Source: Corynebacterium amycolatum
GTDB taxonomy: Bacteria; Actinomycetota; Actinomycetes; Mycobacteriales; Mycobacteriaceae
DNA length: 32,000 nt
Direction: 5' to 3' (one strand)
NCBI RefSeq assembly: GCF_049243625.1
Contig: NZ_CP046975.1
Shown here: one piece after another, positions 23,962 through 32,000 of the stretch
How the letters are laid out: every line of letters starts with the position of its first letter
Position numbering within the stretch: the first letter of the stretch is position 1
Made by a program: the position numbers and the translations under genes
The notes under the pieces: generated by a model
What the model saw: the letters and a program-made list of their open reading frames with translations, nothing else
Told to the model about the DNA's origin: nothing
Databases searched by the model: none

Positions 23962-25389
23962 TTAGTTCTTACTGAAAGCCTCGAAGTCTTGCTGAGACTG
24001 CCACTTGTCGATTTCCGCAGCCGTTGCGCGAAGTTGAGGGTCAAATTCGAGGTATGCCTTTGTCTCACGCGCGATGAGCCCGGACAGGACAATCAGACCG
24101 ATGAGGTTCGGCAGCGCCATCAGGCCGTTGAGGGCCGAGGCGACGGACCAGACGGTTTCCAGCTGAGTTACCGCGCCGACGAAGACCACGCAGGTGAAGA
24201 CCGCACGGTAGAGGCCGGTGCCGCGGCGACCGACCAGGGACTCGAAGGCGCGCTCACCGTAGTAGGACCAGCCCAGCATGGTGGAGAATGCGAAGAAGAC
24301 AACCGACAGCGTGACGATGGTGCCACCCCAGTGGCCCGGCAGACCGCGGGAGAATGCCTCAGCGGTCAGAGCGCCAGTGTCGACGTTGCCATCCTGCCAA
24401 ACACCGGTGCTGATGATAACCAGGCCGGTGAAGGACACGACGATGATGGTGTCAATGAAGGTCTGAGTCATGGAGACCAAACCCTGACGAACTGGGTGAG
24501 TCGTCGATGCGGCGGCAGCGGCGATAGCACCGGAACCCAGGCCCGACTCGTTGGAGAACAGACCGCGGGCAACACCCATCTGCAGGGCGAGAATGAGCGT
24601 GGATCCTGCGAACCCACCAACGGCCGCGGTGCCGGTGAAAGCATCGGTGAAGATGAGCTTGAAGGTTTCGGGCAGCGCCGAGACATTGGCGACGAGCACC
24701 CACACGGCCGCACCGATGTAGAGCACAATCATCATCGGCACAAAGCTGGCGGTGATGCGGCCAATCGACTTAATGCCACCCATCAGAGCTGCACCTACCA
24801 GGATGAACATAATCATGCCGGAGAGCGTCGGATCGATGTCGAAGCTGTTTTCCAGGTTCGAGGCCACGGCATTGCCCTGGGTTAGGTTGCCGATACCAAA
24901 CGCCGCCAGCGCAGCGAAGACGGCGAAGAGAATGCCCAGCGTCTTACCAAAACCATTCGGGATGGCCTTGCGCAGGTAGTACTGCGGACCACCGGACTGT
25001 TCGCCAGCTGCATCGGTCTGGCGGTACTTCACGCCCAGGAATGCCTCGGAGTACTTCGATGCCATACCTAGCAGGCCGGTTACCCACATCCAGAACAGCG
25101 CACCGGGTCCACCTAAGCCGATTGCGGTAGCGACACCGACAATGTTGCCGACACCGACAGTTGCCGCGAGAGCCGTCGCCAGCGCCTGGTAGTTGGTGAT
25201 ATCTCCCTCGGCGTCGTCGTCGTTACGGTCGATGAGTCCGAGGCGCAGTGCCGAGCCGAGTTTGACCAGGTGAATTGCGCCCAGGCGAATGGTCAAGATG
25301 ATTCCGGTGCCGATCAGCGCGGGGATGAGGAGGTACGGACTCCAAATAAAACTATCCGCCGCTGAGACAAAATCGCTGAAGCTTTCCAT
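23962..25389 (-). CDS. Alanine/glycine:cation symporter (AGCS family)
   Basis: Multi-TM protein with family-typical segments: FIWSPYLLIPALIGTGIILTIRLG, GDITNYQALATALAATVGVGNIVGVATAI..GGPGALFWMW, GGPQYYL, NESGLGSGAIAAAAA. Start is set at ATG 25389 (MESFSDF...); the 12 extra codons from a TTG in the track ORF are unlikely. Confidence 0.88.
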   Translation of the reverse strand: MESFSDFVSAADSFIWSPYLLIPALIGTGIILTIRLGAIHLVKLGSALRLGLIDRNDDDAEGDITNYQALATALAATVGVGNIVGVATAIGLGGPGALFWMWVTGLLGMASKYSEAFLGVKYRQTDAAGEQSGGPQYYLRKAIPNGFGKTLGILFAVFAALAAFGIGNLTQGNAVASNLENSFDIDPTLSGMIMFILVGAALMGGIKSIGRITASFVPMMIVLYIGAAVWVLVANVSALPETFKLIFTDAFTGTAAVGGFAGSTLILALQMGVARGLFSNESGLGSGAIAAAAASTTHPVRQGLVSMTQTFIDTIIVVSFTGLVIISTGVWQDGNVDTGALTAEAFSRGLPGHWGGTIVTLSVVFFAFSTMLGWSYYGERAFESLVGRRGTGLYRAVFTCVVFVGAVTQLETVWSVASALNGLMALPNLIGLIVLSGLIARETKAYLEFDPQLRATAAEIDKWQSQQDFEAFSKN

Positions 25390-25458
25390 GCTGTGGAACT
25401 TTACTGGTAGAAAGCCTAAACCCAATCATTAAATTCTCAGAAAATGATTATTGCGCTA

Positions 25459-25884
25459 CTAATTCGCCACAAGTGGGGGTAAACGCATTCCGGCGAAAAC
25501 AAAGATCATTCCGCCAATCAGTGTGAGAGCAACGTACCCACATGCCCTCCAAAAGTGTTGGTTTTTAAGGCGTGTGATCTCTCCGGCGAGTGTGGACCAC
25601 GTCGACAGGCCGCCAGCGAAGCCAATCATCACCGTCGCATAGGCCAGGGCAGGGGTCATGCCGTCGCTTGTCGACGTTCCCCGCGACCACACCACAGCAG
25701 CGGCACCGGCGACGAAGCAGGCAATCATATTCGCGGTCCACGTTCCGGGCAGTTTGGAATCAGCCCACTTCACCGCAAGTTCGGCCAGCGTATAGCGCAG
25801 CGCTCCACCTACTGCGGCGCCAACTGCGATAGCGAGAATGGCAGAGAGCGCCGAGGGAAAAGAACTGAGGAGATCGCCGGTCAT
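25459..25884 (-). CDS. crcB: Fluoride channel subunit CrcB/FluC (second of pair)
   Basis: From M53 of the track ORF: MTGDLLSSFPSALSAILAIAVGAAVGGALRYTL...FAGGLSTWSTLAGE. This gives four TM segments with a GGxLRY-type N-terminal motif and a G(G)xST(W/F)S motif. The start ATG overlaps the stop of the upstream crcB (ATGA at 25881-25884). Confidence 0.85.
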   Translation of the reverse strand: MTGDLLSSFPSALSAILAIAVGAAVGGALRYTLAELAVKWADSKLPGTWTANMIACFVAGAAAVVWSRGTSTSDGMTPALAYATVMIGFAGGLSTWSTLAGEITRLKNQHFWRACGYVALTLIGGMIFVFAGMRLPPLVAN

Positions 25885-26300
25885 TCCGCAACCTCCCGCG
25901 CACACTTGGTTCCCAACCAGTAGGCGAGGGGACAACACAGCAGGTGAATAAGCCCAACGCTCACAATCAGCACGACTGACGTGTCCGCCTGTGCCAATAG
26001 GAGAATGACAAAGGCGGAGAAAGTGGTGAAGCCGCCACAAAAGCCAGTACCGCAGAAAGCGGAAAGCCGAGGATTAGCAAACGCGATACTGCTGACCAGG
26101 CCGAAGAGAAGGCAGCCCAGTAAGTTGATGACAGTCGTCGAGATTGCGCTAATTCCCGAGCCAACGATTGCATCGATCGCCGCTCCGAACAGAAAGCGAC
26201 CTACTGCGCCAACAGCGGCGCCGCCGGCCACGGCCAGAGCTGTCAGACCCTGCGCTCGTCCTGCTGATGGCAGCTTCGGAGCAACAGATTCCTCATTCAC
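25881..26300 (-). CDS. crcB: Fluoride channel subunit CrcB/FluC (first of pair)
   Basis: Contains AGGAAVGAVGRFLFG and GFCGGFTTFSAF, the hallmark CrcB motifs. There is no in-frame ATG near the first TM, so GTG 26300 is the proposed start, though it lacks an obvious SD. The longer track ORF from ATG 26399 would add a non-CrcB-like 33-aa extension. Confidence 0.78.
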   Translation of the reverse strand: MNEESVAPKLPSAGRAQGLTALAVAGGAAVGAVGRFLFGAAIDAIVGSGISAISTTVINLLGCLLFGLVSSIAFANPRLSAFCGTGFCGGFTTFSAFVILLLAQADTSVVLIVSVGLIHLLCCPLAYWLGTKCAREVAE

Positions 26301-26543
26301 GGTGAAAACGCTAGCACAGCGGCTAAAGGGGGGGGACAGGAGACAGGTGCCGGCAGCCCGGAATCCTTTCGAGAAGGTGCTCCCGTCGGCACGCGGCAAT
26401 CTATCTGATGCACCCTATTGCAGGGGCGAGTTTGCCTTACCGAGTGGTTCTTGCCATGCGCGCTGTCCCTAAAACGGGGACACTGGAGAGGAGGAAGCGC
26501 ATCTAAGTTCGGTTTCTTTGTCTCGGCCGGTTGGTCGGCAATG

Positions 26544-26572
26544 AAATCGGCGGTTGCGCAGTTCGCCGATTT
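26544..26572 (+). promoter_or_regulatory. Leader hairpin immediately upstream of the pgm SD
   Basis: AAATCGGCG (26544-26552) and CGCCGATTT (26564-26572) are perfect 9-bp complements with an 11-nt loop. The stem ends about 3 nt before the SD-like GCAGGAGGA (26575-26583) of pgm. Confidence 0.35.
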
Positions 26573-26590
26573 AGCAGGAGGATACCCACA

Positions 26591-28246
26591 ATGGCTCATG
26601 AGCGCGCCGGGCAATTGGCCCAGCCATCCGACCTTATCGATGTCGCGGAACTGGTCACTGCCTACTACACAAAGCACCCGGACCCGAATAACCCCGACCA
26701 GAAGGTCGTCTTCGGTACTTCCGGTCACCGCGGTTCCTCCCTCGACGGCGCTTTCAACGAAGACCACATTCACGCCACTACTCAGGCCATCGTGGATTAC
26801 CGCAAGGGCCAGGGCATTGAAGGCCCACTGTACGTTGGCCGCGATACCCACGGCCTGTCCGAGCCGGCAATGATTTCCGCCCTCGAGGTGCTCACGGCCA
26901 ACGGCATTACCGTGATGGTTGACGCTCAGGATCGCTACACGCCGACCCCGGCCGTCAGTCACGCGATTCTGACGTATAACCGCGACGTGGAGGGCGGTCC
27001 GACGGGTAGTAGCTCCGCGCGTGCCGACGGCATCGTGATTACCCCTTCCCACAATCCGCCACGAGATGGTGGTTTTAAGTACAACCCGCCGACCGGTGGT
27101 CCGGCGGACGCGGATGCGACGGACTGGATTGCAGCTCGTGCCAATGAATACCTGGCTAAGGGCCTGGATGGGGTTAAGCGCCAGCTGGTGGATAAGGCCG
27201 CTGACCTCGTCGTAAAGCACGACTACCTCAACGCATACGTGTCGGACCTGCCGAATGTTGTCAACCTCGACGCCATCCGTGATGCCGGCGTGCGTATCGG
27301 CGCTGACCCAATGGGTGGTGCGTCGGTGGATTACTGGGGTGCAATTGGCGATGCGCATAACCTAAATCTGACTGTGGTCAATCCGCTGGTTGATGCGACC
27401 TGGCGTTTTATGACGCTGGATACAGACGGCAAGATTCGTATGGACTGCTCCTCACCGAATGCGATGGCGTCCCTGATTGGTAACCGCGATAAGTTCGACA
27501 TCTCCACCGGCAATGACGCGGACTCGGACCGTCACGGAATTGTGACACCGGACGCAGGCTTGATGAACCCGAACCACTACCTGGCCGTTGCCATTGATTA
27601 CCTCTTCGCACACCGCCCGGGCTGGTCGCAGGACACCGCGGTCGGTAAGACGCTGGTGTCTTCGTCGATGATTGACCGCGTCGTCGCCAATTTGGGTCGC
27701 AAGCTAGTGGAAGTTCCAGTCGGCTTTAAGTGGTTCGTCCCGGGTTTGCTCGGCGGCACCATCGGTTTCGGTGGTGAAGAATCCGCCGGCGCATCGTTCC
27801 TGCGTCACGACGGCACTGTGTGGTCTACCGATAAGGACGGCATCATCCTGGACCTCCTGGCCAGCGAGATCAAGGCCGTGACCGAGAAGACTCCATCGCA
27901 GCTCTACGCAGAGCTCGCCAATAAGTACGGTGCCCCGGCTTACGCCCGCACCGATGCGGACGCAACCCGTGAGCAGAAGGCAATCCTGAAGAAGCTCTCG
28001 CCGGAGCAGGTCAAGGCCGACACCCTGGCTGGGGAGACCATCACAGCCAAACTGACTGAAGCGCCGGGTAACGGCGCTGCGATTGGTGGCCTCAAGGTGG
28101 TTACGGAGAACGCTTGGTTCGCAGCACGCCCGTCGGGCACTGAAGATAAGTACAAGATTTACGCGGAGTCCTTCAAGGGAGCGGATCACCTGGCACAGGT
28201 TCAGGCTGAGGCACAGGACGTGGTCGCGGCAGTTCTGAACGGATAA
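26591..28246 (+). CDS. pgm: Phosphoglucomutase, alpha-D-glucose phosphate-specific
   Basis: Start ATG 26591, with the SD-like GCAGGAGGA (26575-26583) upstream. The N-terminus is [27 protein letters not shown]...FGTSGHRG. The active-site Ser loop is [16 protein letters not shown], the metal loop is [13 protein letters not shown], and GGEESAG is present. Length (about 551 aa) and sequence closely resemble E. coli Pgm. Confidence 0.93.
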   Translation: MAHERAGQLAQPSDLIDVAELVTAYYTKHPDPNNPDQKVVFGTSGHRGSSLDGAFNEDHIHATTQAIVDYRKGQGIEGPLYVGRDTHGLSEPAMISALEVLTANGITVMVDAQDRYTPTPAVSHAILTYNRDVEGGPTGSSSARADGIVITPSHNPPRDGGFKYNPPTGGPADADATDWIAARANEYLAKGLDGVKRQLVDKAADLVVKHDYLNAYVSDLPNVVNLDAIRDAGVRIGADPMGGASVDYWGAIGDAHNLNLTVVNPLVDATWRFMTLDTDGKIRMDCSSPNAMASLIGNRDKFDISTGNDADSDRHGIVTPDAGLMNPNHYLAVAIDYLFAHRPGWSQDTAVGKTLVSSSMIDRVVANLGRKLVEVPVGFKWFVPGLLGGTIGFGGEESAGASFLRHDGTVWSTDKDGIILDLLASEIKAVTEKTPSQLYAELANKYGAPAYARTDADATREQKAILKKLSPEQVKADTLAGETITAKLTEAPGNGAAIGGLKVVTENAWFAARPSGTEDKYKIYAESFKGADHLAQVQAEAQDVVAAVLNG

Positions 28247-28300
28247 TCGGTAGCCGTTGGGCTAACTGTAAGCAGTTAACCTGTACTAATATTTCTGTGT

Positions 28301-28741
28301 ATGAAGAATTTCGTAGGCGTGGTGGCCCGATTCGGCCTAGCTGCAGTTTGGTTGTACTCGGGTCTTATCAAACTGCTGAACCCGCTGGAATCGCGTCAGG
28401 CAGTGCAAGCTTATGAACTGCTGCCGAGCGACTTGGTGCCGATGGTAGCGGTTGCGCTGCCCGCCTTCGAAGTCATCCTTGGACTCTTACTGGTATTGGG
28501 GCTTTTCCTGCGTCCGGTAGCAGTATTGTCAGGAGCGCTCTTGCTGGTGTTCGTCGGAGGCATTATCTCGGCGTGGGCGCGCGGACTGCAGATTGACTGC
28601 GGTTGCTTTGGTGGCGGTGGCTACGACGAGAACGCTGACGCAGTTTCATATCTCAAGTCAATTGCCCGAGACATAGGTTTTTTGGCGTTGGCTGTATTTG
28701 TGTACGTATGGCCGTGGAAGAAGTTTGCCATTTACGCCTAG
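28301..28741 (+). CDS. MauE/DoxX-family redox-associated membrane protein
   Basis: It has four TM segments and the family-typical CGCFGGGG motif (IDCGCFGGGGYD). The N-terminus RFGLAAVWLYSGLIKL is DoxX-like. It sits directly upstream of a DsbA-like gene. Confidence 0.75.
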   Translation: MKNFVGVVARFGLAAVWLYSGLIKLLNPLESRQAVQAYELLPSDLVPMVAVALPAFEVILGLLLVLGLFLRPVAVLSGALLLVFVGGIISAWARGLQIDCGCFGGGGYDENADAVSYLKSIARDIGFLALAVFVYVWPWKKFAIYA

Positions 28742-28759
28742 CCCGCCCGCTAGTTTTTT
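28738..28759 (+). terminator. Possible intrinsic terminator after the MauE/DoxX gene
   Basis: CTAGC (28738-28742) / GCTAG (28749-28753) flank a 6-nt C-rich loop and are followed by TTTTTT (28754-28759). The stem is short and overlaps the stop codon. Confidence 0.4.
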
Positions 28760-28835
28760 AAGCCTAAGCAATAGGGCAAGTGGGCTGAAGTAAGGCGATG
28801 GGGTCTAGCAACCATTCCCGTTTTCTCAGGCACAA

Positions 28836-29606
28836 TTGTGTCATTGGCAAGAAAACACCGCTATCGTAAGCGGTGTGAGTCAGAAGATTAAGAACCCAAA
28901 TGAAAAGGGCAGTGGCTTCGTCGTTGGCCTGATTGCCCTTCTTGCTGTCGTTGTTGTTGTTATCGGCGGAGTTATCTACATCGGCCGGTCGCAGCCGATT
29001 GAGGGACTTCCAGATGAGGACGTCGACTTCTCCGTCGCACTCGACGGTGATGTCATCCGGCTAAGCAAGGACGGCGCCGAAGGGGCTAAGACGGCCACAA
29101 TTTTTGAGGACTTCTCGTGCCACTACTGCGCTCAGATGAGCGAAGAGGGCCACGATGATGAGCTCAAGGCGCTAAACGACGGCAAGCTTGTCGCGGAATA
29201 CCGCACGCTGAACTTCCTGGATGGTCAGGAGAAGGAGCAGCGTGACGGTCACTCCACTCGCATCTACGCGACTGCCCGCAAGATTGCTGAGACCGGGGAT
29301 GCTCGCGCATATTGGAACTTCCGCACAATGATGATGGCTGACCAGCAGAACTCCGTCACGTGGAGCAATGACGAGCTGGCTGACCGCCTGGAGCAGCTCG
29401 GTGTCGCTGACGAAATTGTCAGCGAAGTCCGCTCCGGCATCGACACCACCGAGGCCAAGGCAAGCGCAGACGCTAACTTCGATGACCTTGAGAAGCGCTT
29501 GGGCAAGGTTTCCTCGCCGCATGTCTTTGTCGATGGCAAGGATATTCTGGAGAACATTTCCGGTGATGGCGGACTGGGGCAGTGGGTCAAGGTGGCCCTG
29601 CGCTAG
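28836..29606 (+). CDS. Membrane-anchored DsbA-family thiol:disulfide oxidoreductase
   Basis: It has an N-terminal TM anchor (GFVVGLIALLAVVVVVIGGVIYI) and a thioredoxin-fold active site, FEDFSCHYCAQM (CxxC). DsbA-like C-terminal features include VSSPHVFVDGK. The start is uncertain: TTG 28836 or GTG 28875. Confidence 0.8.
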   Translation: MCHWQENTAIVSGVSQKIKNPNEKGSGFVVGLIALLAVVVVVIGGVIYIGRSQPIEGLPDEDVDFSVALDGDVIRLSKDGAEGAKTATIFEDFSCHYCAQMSEEGHDDELKALNDGKLVAEYRTLNFLDGQEKEQRDGHSTRIYATARKIAETGDARAYWNFRTMMMADQQNSVTWSNDELADRLEQLGVADEIVSEVRSGIDTTEAKASADANFDDLEKRLGKVSSPHVFVDGKDILENISGDGGLGQWVKVALR

Positions 29607-29781
29607 GATCCGTGCACGCTCACACGATTCATCTTCAGTTCATGTTCGGCAGATCCGCTTTGGGGTACTCGGCGAATGCGTAAAAGAGTGTTCTACATGC
29701 GGATTTGGTGATACATGACAGTGCCATGTAGCCTTTGAGGAGTCCACAGCGGAGGGTGAAAGCCACTTCGATGTTGATTCT

Positions 29782-29857
29782 GGGGCTATGGCGCAGCTGG
29801 TAGCGCATCACACTGGCAGTGTGGGGGTCACGGGTTCGAGTCCCGTTAGCTCCACCA
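29782..29857 (+). tRNA. tRNA-Ala (anticodon GGC), CCA encoded
   Basis: GGGGCTATGGCGCAGCTGGTAGCGCATCACACTGGCAGTGTGGGGGTCACGGGTTCGAGTCCCGTTAGCTCCACCA folds as a cloverleaf. It has the G3:U70 pair, anticodon loop CUGGCAG, T-loop GGTTCGAGTCC and a 3' CCA at 29855-29857. Confidence 0.93.
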
Positions 29858-29866
29858 GTAGAAAAT

Positions 29867-29896
29867 CCCTCGGTCGAAATGGCCGGGGGTTTTCTT
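29867..29896 (+). terminator. Intrinsic terminator after tRNA-Ala(GGC)
   Basis: CCCTCGG (29867-29873) pairs with CCGGGGG (29883-29889), giving 6 Watson-Crick pairs plus one G-U. The loop is 9 nt, and the stem is followed by TTTTCTT. Confidence 0.6.
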
Positions 29897-29991
29897 GTAT
29901 CTGCCCTGGGTAGTGTGCTCGCCGTTTACCTCAGTGATTGGTAATCCGTATGGCTGTAGCAACTTTGTCTAAACGGTGGAATACTGGGGGT

Positions 29992-30426
29992 ATGGCACAC
30001 AACGACTCCGTTATCCAGAAACTGTCCACCGAAGAATCCCTCGAGCTGCTGGCTACGCAGACTTTTGGGCGCCTGGTTGTTCGTCGTAAAGATGATATGG
30101 ATCTTTTCCCGCTGAACTACGTCGTTCATGAGGGGAGCATTTACTTCCGCACTGCCGAGGGGTCGAAGCTTTTTACTGTTTCTCTGAACCACGATGTTCT
30201 TTTTGAGGCCGACTTTGTTGACAAGGATGCCCAGAAGGCATGGTCGGTCATTGTAAAGGGTGACGCAGAGGTTCTCACCTCCCGCGCGGATATTAACGCT
30301 GCAGATGAGCTGCCGCTGAAGCCCTGGCTGCCGACGTTGAAGTACAACTACGTGCGCATTACTCCGAACGATGTTTCCGGTCGCCATTTCCACCTCGGTG
30401 AGGAGCCGAATCGCTACGAAGTGTAG
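29992..30426 (+). CDS. Pyridoxamine 5'-phosphate oxidase-family (split-barrel flavin/deazaflavin-binding) protein
   Basis: MAHNDSVIQKLSTEESLELLATQTFGRLVVRRKDDMDLFPLNYVVHEGSIYFRTAEGSKL...WSVIVKGDAEVL is the typical Pyridox_ox_2 pattern (L..EC..LL......GRL.......P...PVNY....g.i.FRT..G.K). Start is set at ATG 29992 (M19 of the track ORF). Confidence 0.8.
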   Translation: MAHNDSVIQKLSTEESLELLATQTFGRLVVRRKDDMDLFPLNYVVHEGSIYFRTAEGSKLFTVSLNHDVLFEADFVDKDAQKAWSVIVKGDAEVLTSRADINAADELPLKPWLPTLKYNYVRITPNDVSGRHFHLGEEPNRYEV

Positions 30427-30442
30427 CGGCGGCATACGGTGC

Positions 30443-30482
30443 TTTTGCTTTACGACGGTGGAGGCTCCGCCGTAAAGCAAAG
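30443..30482 (+). terminator. Long stem-loop without U-tract downstream of the PPOX-family gene
   Basis: TTTTGCTTTACGACGG (30443-30458) pairs with CCGCCGTAAAGCAAAG (30467-30482): a 16-position stem with 14 Watson-Crick pairs, one terminal G-U and one internal A/C mismatch. The loop is 8 nt. It lies about 17 nt after the stop codon, and no T-run follows. Confidence 0.4.
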
Positions 30483-30605
30483 CTAGCAGCGTGCAAAGGC
30501 AACATTTAGTGACTGAGCACCGCCGTTAGCTGTTTTTTAAAAAATTGTTGGGTTAAATTACCTAAAAGCGCCCTAAGTGAGATTCAACGCGTTACAGTCG
30601 CAAAT

Positions 30606-31202
30606 GTGACGTGCACCATAGAATCGACCGATGGGGTGCCAGCGCAGCCCGATGTGCGCAGGCAGTCCCCACGTATGCAGAAGATCGTAGATGAAGCGCG
30701 CGCGATGCTGCGCGAATCGGGTTGGAGCGCAATCAGTATGCGCCGTCTAGCGGCGCGACTCGATGTGAAGGCTCCATCGCTGTATAAGCACATCAGCGGC
30801 AAGGAAGAGCTCCTCCAGCTGCTGCTGACCGAGAGTCTCGAGAATCTGGGCAAGCGTATTCATGCCGCCATTGATGAGGAATGCACTTCAGCGTCTCTGC
30901 TGCAGGCGTACCGCCAGGCAGTTCTCGACGATCCGCATGGTTACCGACTGATGAGTCGCACCAATTTCGTGAATGTCGTCTCGCCTTCGTCATTGGATGC
31001 CTGGATTCGCGATGCATTCATTAAGGTTGCTGGCGATGAGCCTAAGGGATTGGCCATGTGGGCGTTCGCGCACGGTTTGGTGACCGCCGAGCTCGTCCAG
31101 GATGGTTCACCTGCGCTGGAACCAAGTGCCGAAGCCGGTGCGGCAGACAGCTTGGCCGCAGTTGGAGCTATTTGGGACGCTGGCGCGGAGGCCTTCTCTT
31201 AA
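30606..31202 (+). CDS. TetR/AcrR-family transcriptional regulator
   Basis: The N-terminal HTH is IVDEARAMLRESGWSAISMRRLAARLDVKAPSLYKHISGKEELL (TetR_N signature). The C-terminal ligand domain is variable. The start is GTG 30606 or ATG 30675. Confidence 0.85.
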   Translation: MTCTIESTDGVPAQPDVRRQSPRMQKIVDEARAMLRESGWSAISMRRLAARLDVKAPSLYKHISGKEELLQLLLTESLENLGKRIHAAIDEECTSASLLQAYRQAVLDDPHGYRLMSRTNFVNVVSPSSLDAWIRDAFIKVAGDEPKGLAMWAFAHGLVTAELVQDGSPALEPSAEAGAADSLAAVGAIWDAGAEAFS

Positions 31203-31239
31203 GGGGGGGCTCACTGCTGGGCCGACCCGGGGCAGTAGC

Positions 31240-32000
31240 TTAGCGCCACCAGGAATCGGCCGGTCCAGGAGGGACGGCTCGCTTGTGCCGGGAAATGGAG
31301 TAGAGGTGCTCGATTCGCGCGGCATCCTCATCTGAGACGGCCTTGCCTTCGAGGTAGTCGTCGATGGCGGTATAGGTCACCCCGAGCGCAACTTCGTCGG
31401 GAAGCGCAGGGCGATCTTCTTCCAGGTCGGCCGTCGGCACCTTCTCCCACGTACTGGATGGTGCGCCGAGGTGACGGAGTAAGGCCGCGCCCTGGCGCTT
31501 GCTCAGCCCCTGCAGCGGGACGAGGTCGCAGGCGCCGTCGCCGTGCTTGGTGTAGAAGCCGGTGACAGCCTCCGCGGCGTGATCTGTTCCGATGACCAAA
31601 GCGCCGTCAACACCCGCCACTGCGTACTGGGCAATCATGCGCATGCGGGCCTTAATATTTCCCTTGTTGAAGTCGCTGATAGCGCTGCCGGCCAGGGCAT
31701 CGGTGACCTGGGCGGTCATCGCGGCGGTGGCCGGTTCGATATCGATAGTTAGCCTTTGGTCAGGTTGAATGAATTGCAGTGCCACCTGTGCGTCGTCCTC
31801 ATCGGCCTGCACGCCGTGGGGGAGGCGAATGGCAATGAAGGTGGCGTCCTCGCCGCCGTTGCGAAGCTTTTCGACGGCCAACTGCGCTAGACGTCCGGCC
31901 AGCGTGGAATCTTGACCGCCGGAAATTCCGAGCACGAATCCCTTGGCGTGCGCGGCGCGGAAATAATCGCAGAGAAAATCGACTCGGCGGCTGATTTCCT
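31240..32000 (-). CDS. nadE: Ammonia-dependent NAD+ synthetase, C-terminal about 250 aa (gene start lies beyond the window end)
   Basis: The PP-loop motif is [11 protein letters not shown]. The reading frame stays open upstream of the track's first Met to position 32000 (...FVLGISGG). Also present are [21 protein letters not shown] and LYSISRHKR, with a C-terminal ...WWR. This closely resembles B. subtilis/E. coli NadE. Confidence 0.9.
   Translation of the reverse strand, partial: EISRRVDFLCDYFRAAHAKGFVLGISGGQDSTLAGRLAQLAVEKLRNGGEDATFIAIRLPHGVQADEDDAQVALQFIQPDQRLTIDIEPATAAMTAQVTDALAGSAISDFNKGNIKARMRMIAQYAVAGVDGALVIGTDHAAEAVTGFYTKHGDGACDLVPLQGLSKRQGAALLRHLGAPSSTWEKVPTADLEEDRPALPDEVALGVTYTAIDDYLEGKAVSDEDAARIEHLYSISRHKRAVPPGPADSWWR

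Noticed and set aside
26405-26417. CTGATGCACCCTA on the + strand, resembling the conserved 3' segment (CUGAUGA..CCUAC) of the fluoride riboswitch, next to crcB.
   Set aside because: It is on the strand opposite to crcB. The 5' half of the motif (GGnGAUGG...AAC.GCC) and a proper P3 stem directly before CUGAUG are missing. The downstream + strand gene is pgm, which is not a riboswitch target. A covariance-model search would be needed to be certain.
26297-27358. 353-aa minus-strand ORF covering the crcB leader and the first half of pgm. Similar long antisense ORFs occur at 11049-11801, 13172-13699, 20358-21089, 22845-23753, 23989-24885, 29926-30480, 7914-8594 and 5702-6220.
   Set aside because: Each lies antisense to, or out of frame with, a gene that has unmistakable family motifs (pgm, adnA, adnB, DUF45, PDZ-Lon, AGCS and others). 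Their translations are Arg/Ser/Pro/Gly-rich low-information sequence, typical of shadow ORFs in high-GC DNA.
29782-31239. tRNA-Ala(GGC) followed by lower-GC accessory-looking genes (PPOX-family, TetR), considered as a tRNA-targeted genomic island.
   Set aside because: There is no integrase, no phage or transposon genes, and no direct repeat of the tRNA 3' end anywhere downstream in the window. The tRNA has its own clean terminator.
1-32000. Scan for CRISPR arrays, rRNA, IS elements or transposases, toxin-antitoxin pairs and known defence-system gene signatures.
   Set aside because: No spaced direct-repeat arrays, no rRNA-like sequence, no DDE/serine/tyrosine recombinase motifs and no defence hallmarks were seen. 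The helicase-nuclease genes are the housekeeping AdnAB/UvrD2 set, in conserved core synteny.

Overview
High-GC actinobacterial chromosome segment. Gene content and order match, from memory, the conserved Mycobacteriales/Corynebacterium core block. The best fit is Corynebacterium, based on the sigH-rshA, whiB1/whcE and CglK-like channel arrangement. In order, the window holds: ybaK (partial), sigH-rshA, tRNA-Ala(CGC), a 24-aa bL37 gene absent from the ORF track, whiB1, a DAG-kinase-family lipid kinase, a membrane protein, an Rv3212-like propeller protein and the DEAD-box helicase rhlE. These are followed by DUF3107, DUF3152, an Rv3205c-like ORF, adnA-adnB, an MthK/CglK-type K+ channel and uvrD2. 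Next come an E1-like (ThiF-fold) ORF, a DUF45 zincin, a DUF2342 zincin-like protein and a PDZ-Lon(S16) protease. The rest is an AGCS symporter, a crcB pair, pgm, MauE/DoxX plus DsbA, tRNA-Ala(GGC), a PPOX-family protein, a TetR regulator and nadE (partial). I found no rRNA, CRISPR array, transposase, integrase or recognisable defence island. Most long ORFs antisense to these genes are GC-driven shadow ORFs. The most unusual element is an orphan protein with an RRE-like N-terminal region and an E1-like domain (19670-20605). It keeps the ThiF/MoeB paired CxxC zinc site but lacks the nucleotide-binding loop. It sits between three DNA-end-processing helicases and three uncharacterised or poorly characterised proteases. 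Other items worth a second look: the bL37 micro-ORF with its heavily structured 3' region and a nested 17-bp/7-bp palindrome; a SigH-type promoter inside sigH; a strong-SD 9-codon uORF overlapping the only possible (TTG) start of the K+ channel; a crcB pair with no recognisable fluoride riboswitch; and a leader hairpin abutting the pgm SD. All family assignments are by-eye motif recognition; no database search was run.
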